Assembly: GCA_050251875.1 (NCBI GenBank)
Contig: JBFWMA010000001.1
Location: 218,456 to 282,455 of the forward strand
DNA length: 64,000 nt
Reading direction: 5' to 3'
DNA from: Deferribacterales bacterium
GTDB lineage: Bacteria > Chrysiogenota > Deferribacteres > Deferribacterales > Geovibrionaceae
Shown: positions 40,972-51,693 of the stretch, piece by piece
Layout of the letters: each line of letters opens with the position of its first letter
How positions within the stretch are numbered: position 1 is the stretch's first letter
Made by a program: the position numbers and the translations under genes
The notes under the pieces: model-generated
What the model was told of the DNA's origin: nothing
What the model saw: only the letters and a program-made list of their open reading frames with translations
The model's database searches: none

Positions 40972-41861
40972 CAGTGTCCCTTGGTTATCGTAACAGGAAG
41001 ATTTAATAGATACTGACCGTATTCGTTCTTTTTCATCGGTTCGGCTAGGCGCATCAGGTCATCTTTTGTGATCCATTTATTAAGATAAGCTATTTCCTCT
41101 ATGCAGGCGACTTTCAGTCCCATCCTTTTTTGAACGGCCTGCACAAATTCGGCTGCTTCCAGCAGAGCCTCGTGGGTACCTGTATCCAGCCACGCGAATC
41201 CTCTTCCGAAGAGTTCGATATTCAGCTGCCCCCGTCTGATATATTCATTATTGACCGAAGTGATCTCCAATTCTCCTCTGGCCGATGGTTTTATTGATTT
41301 TGATATCTCTATAACGTCGTTGTTATAACAGTATAGGCCTGTTACAGCATAATTTGATTTCGGATGTTCAGGTTTTTCCTCAATAGCGGTTACGTTGCCG
41401 TTCGGGTCAAAGCATGCGACACCGTATCTTTCAGGATCTTTTACATAATATCCGAACACGGTGGAACCGCCGTTCTCCTCGACATTTTTAATGGCTTTTC
41501 TGACCAGCCCGGTTAGGCCTGTTCCGTAGAACATATTGTCTCCGAGGATCATTGTCACGTTATCCTTGCCGATGAAATCCTCTCCGATTATAAAAGCCTC
41601 TGCCAGGCCGTTTGGTTGTTCCTGTGTTTCATAAGATATGTTTAGCCCGACGAACGAACCGTCACCCAGCAGATCTTTAAAGAGTTTCTGGTCATGGGGG
41701 GTGGTTATTATGAGGATATCTTTTATTTTTGCGAGCATAAGAACTGAAAGCGGGTAGTAGATCATAGGCTTGTCATAGACAGGTATCAGCTGTTTGCTGA
41801 TAACCTGCGTAGAAGGATACAGACGGGTGCCTGATCCGCCTGCTAAAATAATACCTTTCAT
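40971..41861 (-). CDS. rmlA: Glucose-1-phosphate thymidylyltransferase
   Basis: [44 protein letters not shown]. Confidence 0.98.
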   Translation of the reverse strand: MKGIILAGGSGTRLYPSTQVISKQLIPVYDKPMIYYPLSVLMLAKIKDILIITTPHDQKLFKDLLGDGSFVGLNISYETQEQPNGLAEAFIIGEDFIGKDNVTMILGDNMFYGTGLTGLVRKAIKNVEENGGSTVFGYYVKDPERYGVACFDPNGNVTAIEEKPEHPKSNYAVTGLYCYNNDVIEISKSIKPSARGELEITSVNNEYIRRGQLNIELFGRGFAWLDTGTHEALLEAAEFVQAVQKRMGLKVACIEEIAYLNKWITKDDLMRLAEPMKKNEYGQYLLNLPVTITKGH

Positions 41862-42174
41862 TCAATAGCCTCTTGAGTCCCAGTTGTGATGATATTAAAG
41901 TTTTATATATCACATCATTCTATTAATAAAAAGCAAAAAAATCAAGACGAGTTAGTTGTTTTAGCCGACAAAAGAATCCGCCGGATGATTATGCAGGAAT
42001 AACCGTCTGGTCATAAGGAAAATTATTAACAAAAAGAAAGAAAATAATCATGATATGATTACTTGTATACAATATATTTTTAAAATCATTGTGAAAATTC
42101 ACAATTTTTATCACGCAATATTTAAAAGGAATATTGCTGAGAACAAATTGTCATAAATTTAAAGCCTTATGCCG

Positions 42175-43005
42175 TTATTTTAAGAATACTGCGTCGAGTT
42201 CTATTATCTTTATGGTTTGAGTGTCTTTCAGATACTGAACAAAGAAGCAAAGCATGCGCTCACTGAGGAAGCCGAATACACGCTTCTGATAATCAGAGCG
42301 TCCGTTTATGTCTATCCTGCTCTCCACCTCGGACAGTACGGAGAAAAGCATCTCACAGTATTTTTGATAAAGTTCTTTCTTCATTATCATCATGTTATAG
42401 GTGTAAAAGCTGTTTGAGCGGACACATTTTTCCATAGCGTCAGCCATTTCTGGGAACATTCTTACGACTGCGTCCTTCATTATGTCGAAATCCTCTTTGT
42501 TGTGGGTCATGCAGTAGTTCTCTTCCATATTCAGATGGTGGTAATACTGCTTTTTCGGCAGGACAATGTCGAAGTCGGCGCCCATTATGAACGCTTTGAG
42601 TCCTGCGGACAGCTCTTCAGCGTCTGACTGTTTCGCCTTGATGCGTCTGCTCAGGCAAAGCTCGGCGCCGTTACCTTTCAGACCATATCTGACAACTCTG
42701 GACAGAAAAGAGACCATGTTGGAAATACGCTGTTTCAGGAAGGGTTTGACTGTAAATATGCGGCGGTAGTGCATCAGACCTATATAGTCAGCGTCACAGT
42801 TTTTCCACGCCCAGTAATAGGCTGTCAGCTCGCAGTATGATCTGTTTTTTGCGGAGATGTTGTCTCCGGTGACGTCAGTGACAATGCCCAGATCTGTGTC
42901 TGTCAGGGCTTTGCCAACCTGTATAGGGTTAAAATATTTTTTAGAGATATCGATATATTCGTCTTTTTTGTGGTGGGCGGTCATTATAAAGAATTTTTCG
43001 GGCAT
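42175..43005 (-). CDS. DUF4422 family protein, putative galactofuranosyl/glycosyltransferase
   Basis: TGDNISAKN.SYCELTAYYWAWKN, GLMHYRR, YNMMI, R.FGFLSER; follows glf. Confidence 0.87.
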   Translation of the reverse strand: MPEKFFIMTAHHKKDEYIDISKKYFNPIQVGKALTDTDLGIVTDVTGDNISAKNRSYCELTAYYWAWKNCDADYIGLMHYRRIFTVKPFLKQRISNMVSFLSRVVRYGLKGNGAELCLSRRIKAKQSDAEELSAGLKAFIMGADFDIVLPKKQYYHHLNMEENYCMTHNKEDFDIMKDAVVRMFPEMADAMEKCVRSNSFYTYNMMIMKKELYQKYCEMLFSVLSEVESRIDINGRSDYQKRVFGFLSERMLCFFVQYLKDTQTIKIIELDAVFLK

Positions 43006-43006
43006 A

Positions 43007-44149
43007 TTATCTGATCTCCGTGTCGAAAACTTCCAGTGCTCTCTCCACTATATCGTCCATGTCGTAATATTTATATTCCGCCAGTCTGCCCAGCAGTATC
43101 AGGTTTTTGTATTTTTCCGCCAGCCCCACATATTCGTTGTACCGTTTCTGGTTTTCTTCGGTAAATATGGGGTAATAGGCGATATTTTTATCCCTGAAAT
43201 GAGGGATGGGATATTCTTTCAGGATGGTGGTTTTGTCGGTCACAGCCGGATGTATGCGTTTAAACTCGGTTATGCGGGTGTATTCGTGCTCGTTGGGATA
43301 GTTTACTGTACCGGTCTCCTGAAAATATTCCATATCCAGAGTCTCGAATTTCATGTCAACGCTTCTGTATGGCAGATCGCCGAATCTGTATCCGAATAGT
43401 TCGTCTATGGATCCGGTGTAGATGATTTTTCCTGAGAAATCCGAGCCGAAGAGCGTGAATCCGTTTTCCGTGACATTCATAACGTCTCTGAACGCCGTGT
43501 TCAGCATTATCCGGATGTTGTTGTGTTCCAGCATCCTGCTGAAAATTTCTGAATAGCCGTATTTCGGAACAGCCTGATATGTGTCGTTAAAATATCTGTC
43601 GTCTCTGCCGGCTAACACCGGCACTCTGGCTGTCACCGCTCCGTCCATGTCTTCGGGTTTCATACCCCACTGCTTAGCTGTGTAGTTCACGAAGACTTTG
43701 TCGTAAACAAAATCAGCCAGCCGCTGAAGATCGGCATCTTCGGATTTTTTCAGCTCCAGTATGGGCACCTTGGCGCCTTCCCCGTATCCGGAGGTCAGTT
43801 TATTCCTCAGTGTCTCTGCCTTATCAGCCGGAAAAAGCATGTCTATAGTGTTGAAATTAAAAGGAATAGGGACTTTCTGACCGTCTATGGACGCCAGAAC
43901 CTTGTGCTGATATGCCTGCCAGTGGGTAAAATTTGTGAGATAGTCGAAAACATCTCGGTTGTCTGTGTGAAACAGATGGGGACCGTATTTGTGAACGATT
44001 ATGCCGTTATCGTCACGGTAGTCATAGCAGTTGCCGCCCAGATGAGTTCTTTTGTCCATAACCAGCACAGTCTTATCAAGCTGAGACGCTATCCTCTCCG
44101 CTATCACCGCTCCGGCGAATCCGCACCCTACGACAATATAATCGTACAT
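43007..44149 (-). CDS. glf: UDP-galactopyranose mutase
   Basis: VGCGFAG, GGNCYD, HKYGPHLFHT, LPYRS, GRLAEYKYYDMD. Confidence 0.97.
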   Translation of the reverse strand: MYDYIVVGCGFAGAVIAERIASQLDKTVLVMDKRTHLGGNCYDYRDDNGIIVHKYGPHLFHTDNRDVFDYLTNFTHWQAYQHKVLASIDGQKVPIPFNFNTIDMLFPADKAETLRNKLTSGYGEGAKVPILELKKSEDADLQRLADFVYDKVFVNYTAKQWGMKPEDMDGAVTARVPVLAGRDDRYFNDTYQAVPKYGYSEIFSRMLEHNNIRIMLNTAFRDVMNVTENGFTLFGSDFSGKIIYTGSIDELFGYRFGDLPYRSVDMKFETLDMEYFQETGTVNYPNEHEYTRITEFKRIHPAVTDKTTILKEYPIPHFRDKNIAYYPIFTEENQKRYNEYVGLAEKYKNLILLGRLAEYKYYDMDDIVERALEVFDTEIR

Positions 44150-44159
44150 AAATTTTTGT

Positions 44160-45482
44160 TTACGCCCCTATCTGATAATATTCAAATCCCATTTCGGACA
44201 TTCTGTCCTTGTTGTACTGGTTGCGTCCGTCGAAGATAACGGGATTTTTCAGGCTCTTCTGTATCTCTTCGAAGTCGGGGCTTCTGAATTCTTTCCATTC
44301 GGTTATCAGTATCATGGCGTCAGCGCCTTTCACCGCCAGATATTTGCTGTCTACATATTCCACTGACGTATTGCCTTTCAGATAACATTCCTGAGCCTCG
44401 TGAGCGGCCTTAGGATCATATGCCCGTACCTTCGCTCCACGTTTTGTCAGCTCGTTTATTATGGTGATGGACGCCGCCTCTCTCATGTCGTCTGTTTCCG
44501 GTTTGAAAGAGAGCCCCCACACAGCGAATGTCATGCCTGTCAGGTCTTCTCCGAAACGATTTATTACTTTTTCCGAGATCACTTTTTTCTGAGCGTAGTT
44601 CACTTCCTCCACAGCGGAGAGTATCTTGGGCTCATACCCGTTGTTCTGGGCGGTTTTTATCAGCGCCTGAACATCCTTGGGAAAACAGCTTCCGCCGTAT
44701 CCGCATCCGGGATAGATAAAGCTGTAGCCTATACGGCTGTCGCTGCCGATCCCTTTACGGACTTTATTCACGTCTGCGCCTACTTTTTCGCAGATGCGGG
44801 ATATCTCGTTGATGAAGGATATCTTGGTCGCCAGCATGGCGTTGGCAGCATATTTGGTCATTTCCGCTGAGCGGATGTCCATGTCGATGAATCTTTCGTG
44901 ATTCACGGTGAAGGGAGCGTATAGCTCACGCATGGTGTCCAGCGCCTTTTCGTTATCGGCGCCCACAACCACACGGTCGGGTTTCATGAAGTCGCCCACG
45001 GCAGCGCCCTCTTTCAGGAATTCAGGGTTGGATATCACATCGAATGTCAGATCGCTTCCACGCTCTTTCAGCGCCTGAGCGACAGTGGCTCTCACCTTGT
45101 CCGCCGTGCCTACCGGAACAGTGGATTTATCTATGATATACATGTGCCTGTCCATGTGCTGACCGATGCTTTTCGCCACCGCCAGAACATATTGCAGATC
45201 AGCGCTTCCGTCTTCTCCCATGGGGGTTCCCACAGCGATGAAGCAGATAGACGCTTTTTTCAGCGCCTCTTCTATTTTTGTGGTGAAGGCGAGGTCGCCT
45301 GATCTCACGTTTTTCAGAACTATGCCCTCAAGCCCGGGCTCATATATGGGGATGATGCCGTTTTTCAGGTTATTTACTTTCTTTTCGTCTATATCAACAC
45401 AGATGACCCTGTTTCCCATCTCCGCGAAACAAGCGCCTGTCACGAGTCCTACATATCCTGTTCCTACCACGGCTATATTCAT
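44160..45482 (-). CDS. ugd: UDP-glucose 6-dehydrogenase
   Basis: [34 protein letters not shown]. Confidence 0.97.
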   Translation of the reverse strand: MNIAVVGTGYVGLVTGACFAEMGNRVICVDIDEKKVNNLKNGIIPIYEPGLEGIVLKNVRSGDLAFTTKIEEALKKASICFIAVGTPMGEDGSADLQYVLAVAKSIGQHMDRHMYIIDKSTVPVGTADKVRATVAQALKERGSDLTFDVISNPEFLKEGAAVGDFMKPDRVVVGADNEKALDTMRELYAPFTVNHERFIDMDIRSAEMTKYAANAMLATKISFINEISRICEKVGADVNKVRKGIGSDSRIGYSFIYPGCGYGGSCFPKDVQALIKTAQNNGYEPKILSAVEEVNYAQKKVISEKVINRFGEDLTGMTFAVWGLSFKPETDDMREAASITIINELTKRGAKVRAYDPKAAHEAQECYLKGNTSVEYVDSKYLAVKGADAMILITEWKEFRSPDFEEIQKSLKNPVIFDGRNQYNKDRMSEMGFEYYQIGA

Positions 45483-46444
45483 GCTATCTCTCCGGTTTTT
45501 CTAAGTAATTCATCGAAGTAAGCAATGGTATATTTCAGCCCTTCTTCCAGCATTATCGTTGGTTCCCATCCGAGTTCCTTTTTTGCGAGAGTTATGTCGG
45601 GTTTTCTCTGCATAGGGTCGTCCTGAGGCAGGGGTTTATACACCAGCTTGCTCTTACTGCCTACCATATCGATAACTTTTCTGGCAAGTTGAATAATTGT
45701 AAACTCTCCCGGATTACCTATGTTCACAGGCCCGGTGAAATCGTCCCTGGTGTCCATCATCTTCAGGAAGCCTCTGATGAGGTCGTCGCAGTAACAGAAA
45801 CTTCTGGTCTGGTTGCCCTCCCCGTAGATGGTTATGTCTTCGTTCTTCAGCGCCTGAACTATGAAGTTGCTCACCACACGCCCGTCATTGGGGTGCATTC
45901 TGGGACCGTAGGTGTTGAATATCCTGACTACTTTTATGTTCAGATTATGCTGACGGTGATAGTCGAAGAAGAGTGTCTCGGCGCATCTCTTTCCCTCGTC
46001 ATAGCATGCCCTGATGCCGATGGGGTTGACTGAGCCTTTATATGTTTCCGGCTGGGGGTGTATCTCCGGATCGCCGTACACTTCGGATGTGGATGCCTGA
46101 AGAATTTTTATCTTCAGACGTTTAGCCAGACCTAGCATGTTGATGGCGCCCATGACGGATGTCTTTGTCGTTTGCACCGGGTCGAACTGATAGTGCACGG
46201 GGCTCGCCGGACAGGCGAGGTTGTATATCTCGTCCACCTCCACATAGAGCGGAAAGGTGATGTCATGGCGCATGATTTCAAAATTCTTATTATCCAGCAG
46301 GTGTTTTATGTTGTCACGTCTTCCGGTGAAGAAGTTGTCGACACAGAGAACCTCATCGCCTCTGTTAAGAAGTTTTTCGCAGAGATGGCTGCCCAGAAAG
46401 CCTGAACCGCCTGTTACCAGTATTCTTTTCATATGTTTGTCCAT
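45479..46444 (-). CDS. uxs: UDP-glucuronate decarboxylase (UDP-xylose synthase)
   Basis: [38 protein letters not shown]. Confidence 0.95.
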   Translation of the reverse strand: MDKHMKRILVTGGSGFLGSHLCEKLLNRGDEVLCVDNFFTGRRDNIKHLLDNKNFEIMRHDITFPLYVEVDEIYNLACPASPVHYQFDPVQTTKTSVMGAINMLGLAKRLKIKILQASTSEVYGDPEIHPQPETYKGSVNPIGIRACYDEGKRCAETLFFDYHRQHNLNIKVVRIFNTYGPRMHPNDGRVVSNFIVQALKNEDITIYGEGNQTRSFCYCDDLIRGFLKMMDTRDDFTGPVNIGNPGEFTIIQLARKVIDMVGSKSKLVYKPLPQDDPMQRKPDITLAKKELGWEPTIMLEEGLKYTIAYFDELLRKTGEIA

Positions 46445-46504
46445 TGTGTTAGTAGAACACTAATGTATAACATATTTGTGAAGGATTTAAAAGACTGGTT
46501 TTTC

Positions 46505-46532
46505 AAAAAAAGAGCGGGATGAAATCCCGCTC
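46505..46532 (-). terminator. Intrinsic terminator of the MCP gene
   Basis: gagcgggat-gaa-atcccgctc stem with a 7-nt U tract on the minus strand. Confidence 0.85.
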
Positions 46533-46548
46533 ATAAGACTGAGTTTAG

Positions 46549-48321
46549 TTATTTTACAGAATATCTGCTGGATTCGGTTTCCAGAACCTCGCCTTCGTGG
46601 CGCAGGTTGACGCTCATTTCAGCCAGAACGTTAGCCGCCTCGTTGATCTCCCGTATGCCCACAGAAACCTGATTGATGGCGTTCTCCATCTGAGAAATCG
46701 CCGCCGCCTGCTGCTGGATGGCTGATACCACCTGTGGGATATTGTCTGACGTCATGATGGAGTTCTCTTTGGTCTGGTGCGCCATATCCTTCAGACTGCT
46801 CATGAAATCAGAAACACCGCTGACCTGTGTTATATTGCTCTCAACACTCTTAACAGCGCCGTCCACCTGTCTGTTGTTCTGGTTGATGATGTCGGATATC
46901 TCTTTTACCGAGTCAACTGTTCTCTCCGCCAGCTTGCGCACTTCGTCCGCCACCACGGCGAACCCTCTGCCTGCCTCTCCTGCTCTGGCCGCCTCTATGG
47001 CTGCGTTGAGTGAAAGCAGGTTGGTCTGGTCGGCTATGTCGTTTATCAGCCCCAAAATATCGTACATGGATTCAGAGTTCTTCTTCAGAGTGTTGATGGA
47101 GTTGATCAGATCATTGTTGGACATAACAATTTTCTGTATCATCTTTTCGCCTTCTTCGGTGCTGGCCTCGGATTTTTCGGCGAAGAGACGGCTCTCTTTC
47201 GCCAGTTCTTCCGTCTGGGTCACTTTTCTGGCGGTGTCCTCTATGCCGGCGTTGATCTGCTGCATAGCGACATTAATCTGCGAAACCTCCTGATTCTGCT
47301 GGGTCACGTTAGCCCCCAGCTCCTCAGTGGATGAAGAGAGGGTTCCGGAACCCAGATTCAGTTTGTCCGCTGTGTCTTTTATGCTTTTTATGGAGCTTGA
47401 AAGTTTGATTATCATGGCAGAGTTGAACTGGTTTAGCATGCTCAGTTCGTTGCCTGATTTCAGCTCTTTTTTATAATAATCGCATTCCTCACATGATTTG
47501 TACTCTTTGTTCTTTATCTTGAGACATTCAACAGTCATACCCAGCTTGGGCGCTTCGCTTCCCACTGTGAGATAACATGGAGCGCCGGGCATGGCAAATG
47601 CGGAACAGCTCTTATCGCCGCACTTCATATGATCCGCGCATGTGCATGAAAGCCCGAGGTTTTTTCCGTTAAAAACGAGATTGCCCTTCGCCACGTCTAC
47701 GAAAGAGTTAAGAAGCTCACGCATATTGTGCTGAAATTTTTTCATGATCAGAAGCAGAGCGACTATTATAACGAATAGCCCGGCGACGCAGACCGCCAGT
47801 ACGCTGAGTTTTACTCTATTAAAAGGAGCGAACAGCTCGTTCACCTCATATCCTGCCGCCACTATCCAGTCTTTTTTTGGATAATATTCGTATTTGACGA
47901 GTTTTGTCGCGTTGTTGAAATCATATTTCAGTGTTCCGGTCTTTTGTTTCAGCATTGTTTTAGCGAAATCATACTGCGCTATGCTCTTGCCCACCAGTTC
48001 CTGATTTTTGTGATATAACAGTTTGCCTGATGGATCCATGATGAAGAAATATCCGTTTTCGCCCAGACTGACTGTGTTCACGAGATCGTCTATGAGCTCA
48101 TACCGCCCGTTTTCGTCCGGGTCTCCCGTTGTTTCGTGTTTCACAACGTGCATCAGCACCTTGTTCATCTCCACCGCTCTCATTTCGGATATGTTGACGG
48201 CGTTTTTTGTGTTCATCTTGCTGGTGATGATGAAGATAGTGGAAAAGATTATCAGAAGAATGATTACCATTGGCATCAGCAACTGAACAGACACGCTTTT
48301 GTTGCTTAATAAACCACGCAT
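46549..48321 (-). CDS. Methyl-accepting chemotaxis protein with Cache domain and Cys-rich insert
   Basis: Two TM helices, GENGYFFI Cache motif, [43 protein letters not shown] before ATG at 48321. Confidence 0.95.
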   Translation of the reverse strand: MRGLLSNKSVSVQLLMPMVIILLIIFSTIFIITSKMNTKNAVNISEMRAVEMNKVLMHVVKHETTGDPDENGRYELIDDLVNTVSLGENGYFFIMDPSGKLLYHKNQELVGKSIAQYDFAKTMLKQKTGTLKYDFNNATKLVKYEYYPKKDWIVAAGYEVNELFAPFNRVKLSVLAVCVAGLFVIIVALLLIMKKFQHNMRELLNSFVDVAKGNLVFNGKNLGLSCTCADHMKCGDKSCSAFAMPGAPCYLTVGSEAPKLGMTVECLKIKNKEYKSCEECDYYKKELKSGNELSMLNQFNSAMIIKLSSSIKSIKDTADKLNLGSGTLSSSTEELGANVTQQNQEVSQINVAMQQINAGIEDTARKVTQTEELAKESRLFAEKSEASTEEGEKMIQKIVMSNNDLINSINTLKKNSESMYDILGLINDIADQTNLLSLNAAIEAARAGEAGRGFAVVADEVRKLAERTVDSVKEISDIINQNNRQVDGAVKSVESNITQVSGVSDFMSSLKDMAHQTKENSIMTSDNIPQVVSAIQQQAAAISQMENAINQVSVGIREINEAANVLAEMSVNLRHEGEVLETESSRYSVK

Positions 48322-48386
48322 ATGACCTCCGTAGTGCAATAAAAGAGTATTTCCGGGCGTGTTTTAAAATAAAAATTTATATTAAA

Positions 48387-48415
48387 ACTGTATAATGGAA
48401 TTGTCGGAATGTCAA
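48387..48415 (-). promoter_or_regulatory. Putative sigma70 promoter of the MCP gene
   Basis: TTGACA-N17-TACAGT on the minus strand. Confidence 0.55.
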
Positions 48416-48515
48416 ATGTTGAAAATTTGTTAATACGGTAATTAAATAACAGTATCCCTGCTGTTGGCGACAGCGGGCGGCTGTGTGAAAAATGTTAATG
48501 CTTCAGGCTGTTTTA

Positions 48516-49085
48516 TTACTGCTGCTGCTGGCTGTTCTGCGTGTATTTTGCGGAGAGCTGTTTCAGATATCTGTCCTCTTCGCTGTATATACATCCGCAG
48601 TATTGCTGGCGGTACATTCCCAGCGCTTTTGACCCTTCGATGCCGTCTTTCCATCCCTCTCGGAAATCGTGATAGAAGAAGCCGACATTATACTTTGACG
48701 CCATTTCGTTTGCAATTTCCACCATCAGATCATGGTTCTGATATCTGCTGTAGAGCAGTGTACTGGTGAAAGAGTCGAATCCGTGCTGCTTCGCTGTCAT
48801 CGCAGTCATTTCCAGACGTATTCTGTAGCAGTATCCGCACCTGCCCGTATGGTTCTGCGCCGTATTTTTCAGAAAATCGACCAGACCGTATGTCTCGTCC
48901 AGAATCAGCGGAATATTTTCCGATCTGTCAAATGCGGTCAGCGTCTCCAGGCGTTTATAGAATTCTGTCACCGGATGTATGTTCGGGTTGAACCAGTATC
49001 CGCCCAGATCGTGTCCCATTCCTTTCAGGATTCTCACAGGATATACGGAGCAGGGTCCGCAGCATTGGTGGAGAAGTATTTTCAC
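48516..49085 (-). CDS. queH: Epoxyqueuosine reductase QueH (DUF208)
   Basis: LHQCCGPCS, NPNIHP, RCGYCY..RL, YRQQYCGCIYS; GTG at 49085 after GAGGT. Confidence 0.92.
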   Translation of the reverse strand: MKILLHQCCGPCSVYPVRILKGMGHDLGGYWFNPNIHPVTEFYKRLETLTAFDRSENIPLILDETYGLVDFLKNTAQNHTGRCGYCYRIRLEMTAMTAKQHGFDSFTSTLLYSRYQNHDLMVEIANEMASKYNVGFFYHDFREGWKDGIEGSKALGMYRQQYCGCIYSEEDRYLKQLSAKYTQNSQQQQ

Positions 49086-49182
49086 CTTACTACCTCTATT
49101 GTTTCTGTGAATGTAATGTATCAGAATTTTTATTTCAATACGCAAGATTTTTAGTTTATACTATTTTGTTAAGAGGTGAAAG

Positions 49183-49740
49183 ATGAGCAAAGTGATTGTT
49201 GTTCTGGCTGATGGGTTTGAAGAGATCGAGGCTGTATCCGTGATAGATATTCTCAGAAGAGCCGAGATAGAGACAGATGTGTGCGGTCTGACATCGGACA
49301 CGATAGTCAGTGCCAGAGACATAAAAATTGTGCCGGACAAAGCGATCACAGATATAAATCCCGATGAATACGACATGATCGTTCTGCCGGGCGGGCTCAG
49401 AGGCGCCAAGAACATTGACGAGAGTGAGACCGTTCATAAGATACTCGAAAAATTTATGAAAGAGGAAAAATATATAGCCGCCATCTGCGCATCGCCTTAT
49501 ATTCTGGCGAAGAAAGGGATGCTGGACGGCAGACTTGCCACATGTTTTCCCACATTCAAGGGCATAGTGGCAGAGGTGTGCAACTATCAGCATGCCGGTG
49601 TTGTTGTGGATGAAAATGTGATAACCAGCAGAGGTCCGGCCACCGCTGCCGAATTTTCCTTTACGCTGGTGGAGCTTCTGAAAGACGAGGGTACAGCCGA
49701 CCGTCTCAGAGAAATGATGCTGTTTACTAACTCAAAATAA
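49183..49740 (+). CDS. DJ-1/YajL/ThiJ family protein
   Basis: GFEEIEA...DILRRA, LPGG, AAICASP, TSRGPAT. Confidence 0.95.
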   Translation: MSKVIVVLADGFEEIEAVSVIDILRRAEIETDVCGLTSDTIVSARDIKIVPDKAITDINPDEYDMIVLPGGLRGAKNIDESETVHKILEKFMKEEKYIAAICASPYILAKKGMLDGRLATCFPTFKGIVAEVCNYQHAGVVVDENVITSRGPATAAEFSFTLVELLKDEGTADRLREMMLFTNSK

Positions 49741-50783
49741 TGTCATTATTAATATTCTATATATCCATAGCGATAGCCGTGTCTTTTATCTGCTCGATTT
49801 TTGAGGCCGTGCTTCTGAGTATCACCCCGGCATATGCCGCCAGCCTGAAGGGAACCAACCCGGCTCTGGGGCAGCTGCTTGATTCTCTGAAAAAAGACGT
49901 GGAGAAACCGCTCGCCGCAATACTGAGCATGAACACCATAGCGCATACCGTCGGTGCCGCCGGAGCCGGCGCACAGGCAGCGCATGTTTTCGGTGATGAG
50001 TATGTGGGGGCTATCTCCGCCGTTCTCACACTGATGATTCTGGTGCTGTCAGAGATAGTTCCCAAGACCATCGGCGCTCTGTACTGGAAGCATCTCGTAT
50101 CTTTCTGCGTACCTGCCATCAAGATACTGACTGTCATGATGTATCCTCTGGTTCTGCTGTCCAAAGGCGTCACATATTTTCTGGCGAGAAAAGAGAAAGA
50201 GAATACCGTGGACAAGGACGAGTTCCTCGCTCTGGCGGAGATAGGGGTGAAAGAGGGAATCATTACGGAGCAGGAGGCGAGGGTTGTGAAAAACCTGTTT
50301 CTGCTCAGAAACGTAAAAGCAAACGATATAATGACACCCAGAACGGTTATATTCGCCTTTGACGAAAATGTTACGTCCAGAGAGATAGTTGAAAAATATG
50401 AGGATATGGCTTTTTCCAGAATACCTGTGTATGTTGAGGATGTTGACAGAATATCCGGTTTCGTTCTGAAGAGCGATATCTACAGATACGCTCTGGGCAA
50501 AGGACCGGACCTACCCCTGTCCGCCTTCAAAAGGGATATATGCGTGTTCATAGAGTGGGTCAGCGTTTATGACGTTTATGAGGAGCTGATAAACCGGAAA
50601 GAACATATCAGCCTGTTGGTGGATGAATACGGCGGAACTGCCGGAATCATCACGCTGGAGGATATATTCGAAACCCTGATAGGGCTGGAGATAGTGGATG
50701 AGAAGGACAGGGTGACGGATATGCAGCAGTTCGCCGAACAGCAGTGGAAACAGAGAGCCGCCAGAATAGGCGCCAGAAAATAG
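49740..50783 (+). CDS. CNNM/DUF21-CBS membrane protein
   Basis: SFICSIFEA, LSEIVPKT, IMTPR, FSRIPVY, DEYGG.AG.ITLED. Confidence 0.93.
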   Translation: MSLLIFYISIAIAVSFICSIFEAVLLSITPAYAASLKGTNPALGQLLDSLKKDVEKPLAAILSMNTIAHTVGAAGAGAQAAHVFGDEYVGAISAVLTLMILVLSEIVPKTIGALYWKHLVSFCVPAIKILTVMMYPLVLLSKGVTYFLARKEKENTVDKDEFLALAEIGVKEGIITEQEARVVKNLFLLRNVKANDIMTPRTVIFAFDENVTSREIVEKYEDMAFSRIPVYVEDVDRISGFVLKSDIYRYALGKGPDLPLSAFKRDICVFIEWVSVYDVYEELINRKEHISLLVDEYGGTAGIITLEDIFETLIGLEIVDEKDRVTDMQQFAEQQWKQRAARIGARK

Positions 50784-50884
50784 TATTAATTTCGCTGAAA
50801 ACTGAATTATAACAGTACGAGGCGGTCATAGTTAGGTAATAATTTTGAGGTTCAGCCGTCTGCTGAACCGAGATGGAGATAATA

Positions 50885-51628
50885 ATGTTAAAGAAGATTA
50901 TAGTTTTTGTTATTTTTGTTGCTGCCGCAGTATCATACGCTCAGGGACCCACTGACTCGGAGCTTATAATATTCGCCGCGCAGAAATATAAGGTGGACTA
51001 TACGGCTCAGACCCCCAAGTCTAAAGACGACATAAAAAAGGAATACATGATTATGTCTATTCTTGGACCTAAGATACTGGCGCAGGGTATGCAGAACGAC
51101 CCCGAATACAAAATAGCGGCTAATACTCTGGCTGTGGAGGTGTGGTCTAAGAGATTCACAGACAGCCTGAATATTCCGGACGCCACACTGCGCAAGCTGT
51201 ACTCACAGCACGATCTCAAAACTCCTCCGGCTTTTAACCTGCACAATATTCTGGTGAAGGATGAGCAGGCGGCAACTGTTCTGGTGAACAGTCTTGGACT
51301 GACCAAGGACAGCCAGGCGCTTCTGGACAAGTTCGGGGAAGCGGCCAAAAAGCAGTCTCTTGATCCGGTGACAGCTCAGACAGGCGGCAAAATAGGCTGG
51401 ATAGAGATAGGCAGGCTGAGTCAGGACATACAGAACGCCTTAGAGAATAAAAAGAAAGGCGATATTTTCAAGGTCAAAGTAAGCAACGCAGGCTGGCAGG
51501 TGTTCTATATAGAAGATCTGAAGCCCGCCAGAAAAGCCACATTTGAAGAGGCTAAACCCACTCTGGTCAATGTAGTGAAACAGGCGGAACTGGGCGAAAA
51601 AGTAAAAGAGATGCTGAAAAGCAAATAA
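50885..51628 (+). CDS. Periplasmic PpiC/parvulin-type peptidyl-prolyl isomerase-like chaperone
   Basis: Signal peptide, HNILV, F...AK..S.D...GG.IGW, GWQVF, TFEEAK. Confidence 0.82.
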   Translation: MLKKIIVFVIFVAAAVSYAQGPTDSELIIFAAQKYKVDYTAQTPKSKDDIKKEYMIMSILGPKILAQGMQNDPEYKIAANTLAVEVWSKRFTDSLNIPDATLRKLYSQHDLKTPPAFNLHNILVKDEQAATVLVNSLGLTKDSQALLDKFGEAAKKQSLDPVTAQTGGKIGWIEIGRLSQDIQNALENKKKGDIFKVKVSNAGWQVFYIEDLKPARKATFEEAKPTLVNVVKQAELGEKVKEMLKSK

Positions 51629-51693
51629 TAGTTTTTCACTTTGTCCCCATTATTAGCACATAATTTGCTTGTAAAACACCAGAGAGGTGAGTT

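Noticed and set aside
42089..42104. Rex operator (TTGTGAA...TTCACAA)
   Set aside because: The spacer is 2 nt rather than the 4 nt of Rex sites; it is kept only as an unassigned palindrome.
51654..51669. Sigma54-like site TAGCAC-N5-TTGCT upstream of the acidic hypothetical gene
   Set aside because: The nearly invariant -24 GG is AG here, so the site is not supportable without data.
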